A stretch of DNA of 898 nt from Escherichia coli (GTDB lineage: Bacteria; Pseudomonadota; Gammaproteobacteria; Enterobacterales; Enterobacteriaceae). Each line of letters opens with the position of its first letter. Positions within the stretch are counted from its first letter, which is position 1. Under the pieces are notes generated by a model that worked only from the letters and a program-made list of their open reading frames with translations, did no database searches and was not told where the DNA came from. The stretch is from assembly GCF_003334315.1 (NCBI RefSeq), contig NZ_QOWR01000127.1; one strand, written 5' to 3'. Below, one piece after another: positions 1-898 of the stretch. Both the position numbers and the translations under genes were made by a program.

Positions 1-149
1 GGTTGAGAAGCGGTGTAAGTGAACTGCAGTTGCCATGTTTTACGGCAGTGAGAGCAGAGATAGCGCTGATGTCCGGCGGTGCTTTTGCCGTTACGCACCA
101 CCCCGTCAGTAGCTGAACAGGAGGGACAGCTGATAGAAACAGAAGCCAC
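1..149 (-). CDS. insA: IS1 InsA (transposition inhibitor / N-terminal part of the InsAB' transposase), 5' part only, runs off the window edge
   Basis: Minus-strand translation from the GTG whose complement is at 147..149: [50 protein letters not shown], continuing past position 1. It includes the CxxC...CxxC zinc-finger-like motif typical of InsA. Confidence 0.88.
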   Translation of the reverse strand, partial: MASVSISCPSCSATDGVVRNGKSTAGHQRYLCSHCRKTWQLQFTYTASQ

Positions 150-181
150 TGGAGCACCTCAAAAACACCATCATACACTAA

Positions 182-204
182 ATCAGTAAGTTGGCATCAT
201 CACC
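182..204 (-). repeat. IS1 terminal inverted repeat (IRL-like), 23 bp, outermost base at 204
   Basis: Minus-strand sequence GGTGATGATGCCAACTTACTGAT against the canonical IRL GGTGATGCTGCCAACTTACTGAT as I remember it; the single difference is at window position 197. Confidence 0.8.
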
Positions 205-268
205 GTAGATGAGTTGTGTAAGAAAGTGACAAGTTGGATGTATTCGCATCCTGGAGAGAGAATTAGAT

Positions 269-487
269 ATGAACGTTTTAAGACACGTTAATGCGATTAA
301 CATGGGAGTGTGCATTCTAATTTGGGTTATTGGATGTGCAAATGCTAAAGTTCTTAAACGATGTATATTACCCGCTCCTGATGGTGGCGTAGAAAAACTA
401 TCAAAACCCAACTTACATGGAGTAATTAAAAAAGTTGATTTGAACACAAATGAAGCGGAAATTAAAATAAAAGAGGGGGGGCAGTGA
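269..487 (+). CDS. Putative small lipoprotein, 72 aa as written; possibly the N-terminal part of a longer frameshifted gene
   Basis: ORF from the track. Shine-Dalgarno-like GGAGAGAG at 253..260, about 8 nt before the ATG at 269. The N-terminus MNVLRHVNAINMGVCILIWVIGC has a basic n-region, a hydrophobic core and a lipobox-like V-I-G-C with Cys23; Ala at +2 suggests outer-membrane sorting by the Lol rule. The mature part is Lys-rich, as expected for AT-rich acquired DNA. No family recognised. Confidence 0.55.
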   Translation: MNVLRHVNAINMGVCILIWVIGCANAKVLKRCILPAPDGGVEKLSKPNLHGVIKKVDLNTNEAEIKIKEGGQ

Positions 488-660
488 GTTTTATTTTTAA
501 TGAGGAAACATTGTATTTTACTGTTTTTGGTGGGGATTTTATTATGGATGATTTAAAAAAAGTAAAAAATACGGAAGCATGGGTATGGTATAAAAATTGC
601 GATAGTAAAAATAAAAATGTGGCAGTTGAACTTCTTCAAATCTACGAATTGCATCAATGA
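484..660 (+). CDS. Small ORF of 58 codons from GTG 484 (or 38 aa from ATG 544); probably the C-terminal part of the upstream lipoprotein gene, separated by a frameshift in a G7 tract
   Basis: The frame is open from 466 to the TGA at 658..660, about 65 codons without a stop in ~30% GC DNA, which is unlikely by chance. Translation: VSFIFNEETLYFTVFGGDFIMDDLKKVKNTEAWVWYKNCDSKNKNVAVELLQIYELHQ. GTG 484 lies only ~3 nt after the G-run (poor spacing for initiation); ATG 544 has GGTGGGG at 529..535 with ~8 nt spacing. It is not in the supplied ORF track, presumably because it is short. Confidence 0.4.
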   Translation: MSFIFNEETLYFTVFGGDFIMDDLKKVKNTEAWVWYKNCDSKNKNVAVELLQIYELHQ

Positions 661-700
661 AAAATATAGTTAAATAGAGGAGGTTATTAATAGCAGGAAA

Positions 701-724
701 AGCATCACGTGATGCTGATTTTTT
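701..724 (+). terminator. Candidate rho-independent terminator: perfect 16-bp palindrome followed by a T6 run
   Basis: AGCATCACGTGATGCT (701..716) is a perfect palindrome (6-8 bp stem), followed by GA and TTTTTT (719..724). It sits 41 nt after the stop at 658..660. On the minus strand it is preceded by A6 and followed by only T3, so it is weaker in that direction but could act bidirectionally. Confidence 0.4.
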
Positions 725-806
725 GCACTAAATAATTCGCGCTAATGTTCAATAGTTAATATATCCCTCATCAGGGAAAGATCACCGGTGTGCCGTAGGC
801 ACAAAG

Positions 807-829
807 ATGCAAAACGGGACGTTTTGCAT
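807..829. repeat. Inverted repeat ATGCAAAACG-GGA-CGTTTTGCAT (10-bp arms, 3-bp spacer); possible operator or RNA hairpin
   Basis: Perfect arm complementarity seen directly. A 6-bp-stem inverted repeat TGTGCC-GTA-GGCACA lies at 789..803 and an 8-bp palindrome CACCGGTG at 783..790. No T-run follows, so it does not look like a classical terminator. Confidence 0.3.
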
Positions 830-898
830 GTAATAAGCATAAGCTTGTGAAGAGATGGTGGCAGGCCCACCGGGATCTGCTGTCGGAAGTCGGTCCCA

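Larger units (their letters stand above)
1..204 (-). mobile_element. IS1-family insertion sequence, partial (left end only; the rest lies beyond the window start)
   Basis: Reverse complement of 1..204 reads GGTGATGATGCCAACTTACTGATTTAGTGTATGATGGTGTTTTTGAGGTGCTCCAGTGGCTTCTG..., which matches my memory of the IS1 left end (also seen in Tn9 and pACYC184-type vectors) apart from one base in the terminal repeat. GC drops sharply after 204. Recognition is from memory, not a database search. Confidence 0.88.

Noticed and set aside
205-268. Sigma70 promoter for the lipoprotein gene between the IS1 end and the start codon
   Set aside because: Only weak hexamer matches (TTGTGT 214..219, GTGACA 225..230, no properly spaced TATAAT-like -10), so I cannot place a promoter with any confidence. 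The Shine-Dalgarno at 253..260 is the only well-supported signal.
178-447. Track ORF of 89 aa on the minus strand (MFKSTFLITPCKLGFDSF...)
   Set aside because: It is antisense to the better-supported lipoprotein ORF, has no Shine-Dalgarno upstream of its start (minus-strand upstream sequence CGCTTCATTTGTGTTCAA), has a composition typical of a chance antisense frame in AT-rich DNA, and its last ~9 codons and stop are supplied by the IS1 terminal repeat. Most likely spurious, or at best a remnant.
269-487. Possibility that the small lipoprotein is a colicin-type lysis (bacteriocin release) protein
   Set aside because: Those are about 45-50 aa with a short Gly/Ser/Thr-rich mature region after the lipobox Cys; here the mature part is Lys-rich and longer, more so if fused with the downstream frame, and no colicin or immunity gene is visible. 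The resemblance stops at being a small lipoprotein.
677-695. Strong Shine-Dalgarno-like GAGGAGG (677..683) downstream of the second ORF
   Set aside because: No canonical start codon (ATG, GTG or TTG) lies 5-10 nt downstream; the nearest in-range triplets are ATT and ATA, and the only ATG (712) opens a 7-codon frame. Probably chance purine-rich sequence or a remnant of a lost gene start.
1-898. CRISPR arrays, tRNA or rRNA genes, integron attC sites
   Set aside because: No regularly spaced direct repeats, no cloverleaf-compatible segments and no rRNA-like sequence were seen. The A-rich runs in 540..620 are low-complexity coding sequence, not a repeat array.

Overview
The window has three compositionally distinct blocks. 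(1) 1..204 (~55% GC) is the outer ~200 bp of an IS1-family insertion sequence lying in reverse orientation: a 23-bp terminal inverted repeat ends at 204, and the minus strand from 149 to the window edge encodes the N-terminal ~49 aa of InsA ([35 protein letters not shown]...), recognised from memory of the IS1 sequence. (2) 205..~780 (~30-35% GC by hand count) is an AT-rich cassette carrying a 72-aa putative lipoprotein ORF (269..487, +) followed by a 58-codon open frame (484..660, +). The two meet at a G7 homopolymer (475..481), and one extra G would fuse them into a single ~130-aa lipoprotein. A perfect 16-bp palindrome with a T6 run (701..724) looks like an intrinsic terminator. (3) ~781..898 (~50-60% GC) contains several inverted repeats and is open in several frames on both strands to the window edge, so it probably belongs to a gene I cannot assign. 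I do not recognise the AT-rich cassette as any named family. No rRNA, tRNA or CRISPR was seen. The most interesting point is the poly-G-split lipoprotein gene in an IS1-adjacent low-GC island; calling it a new system would be speculation from 898 bp.
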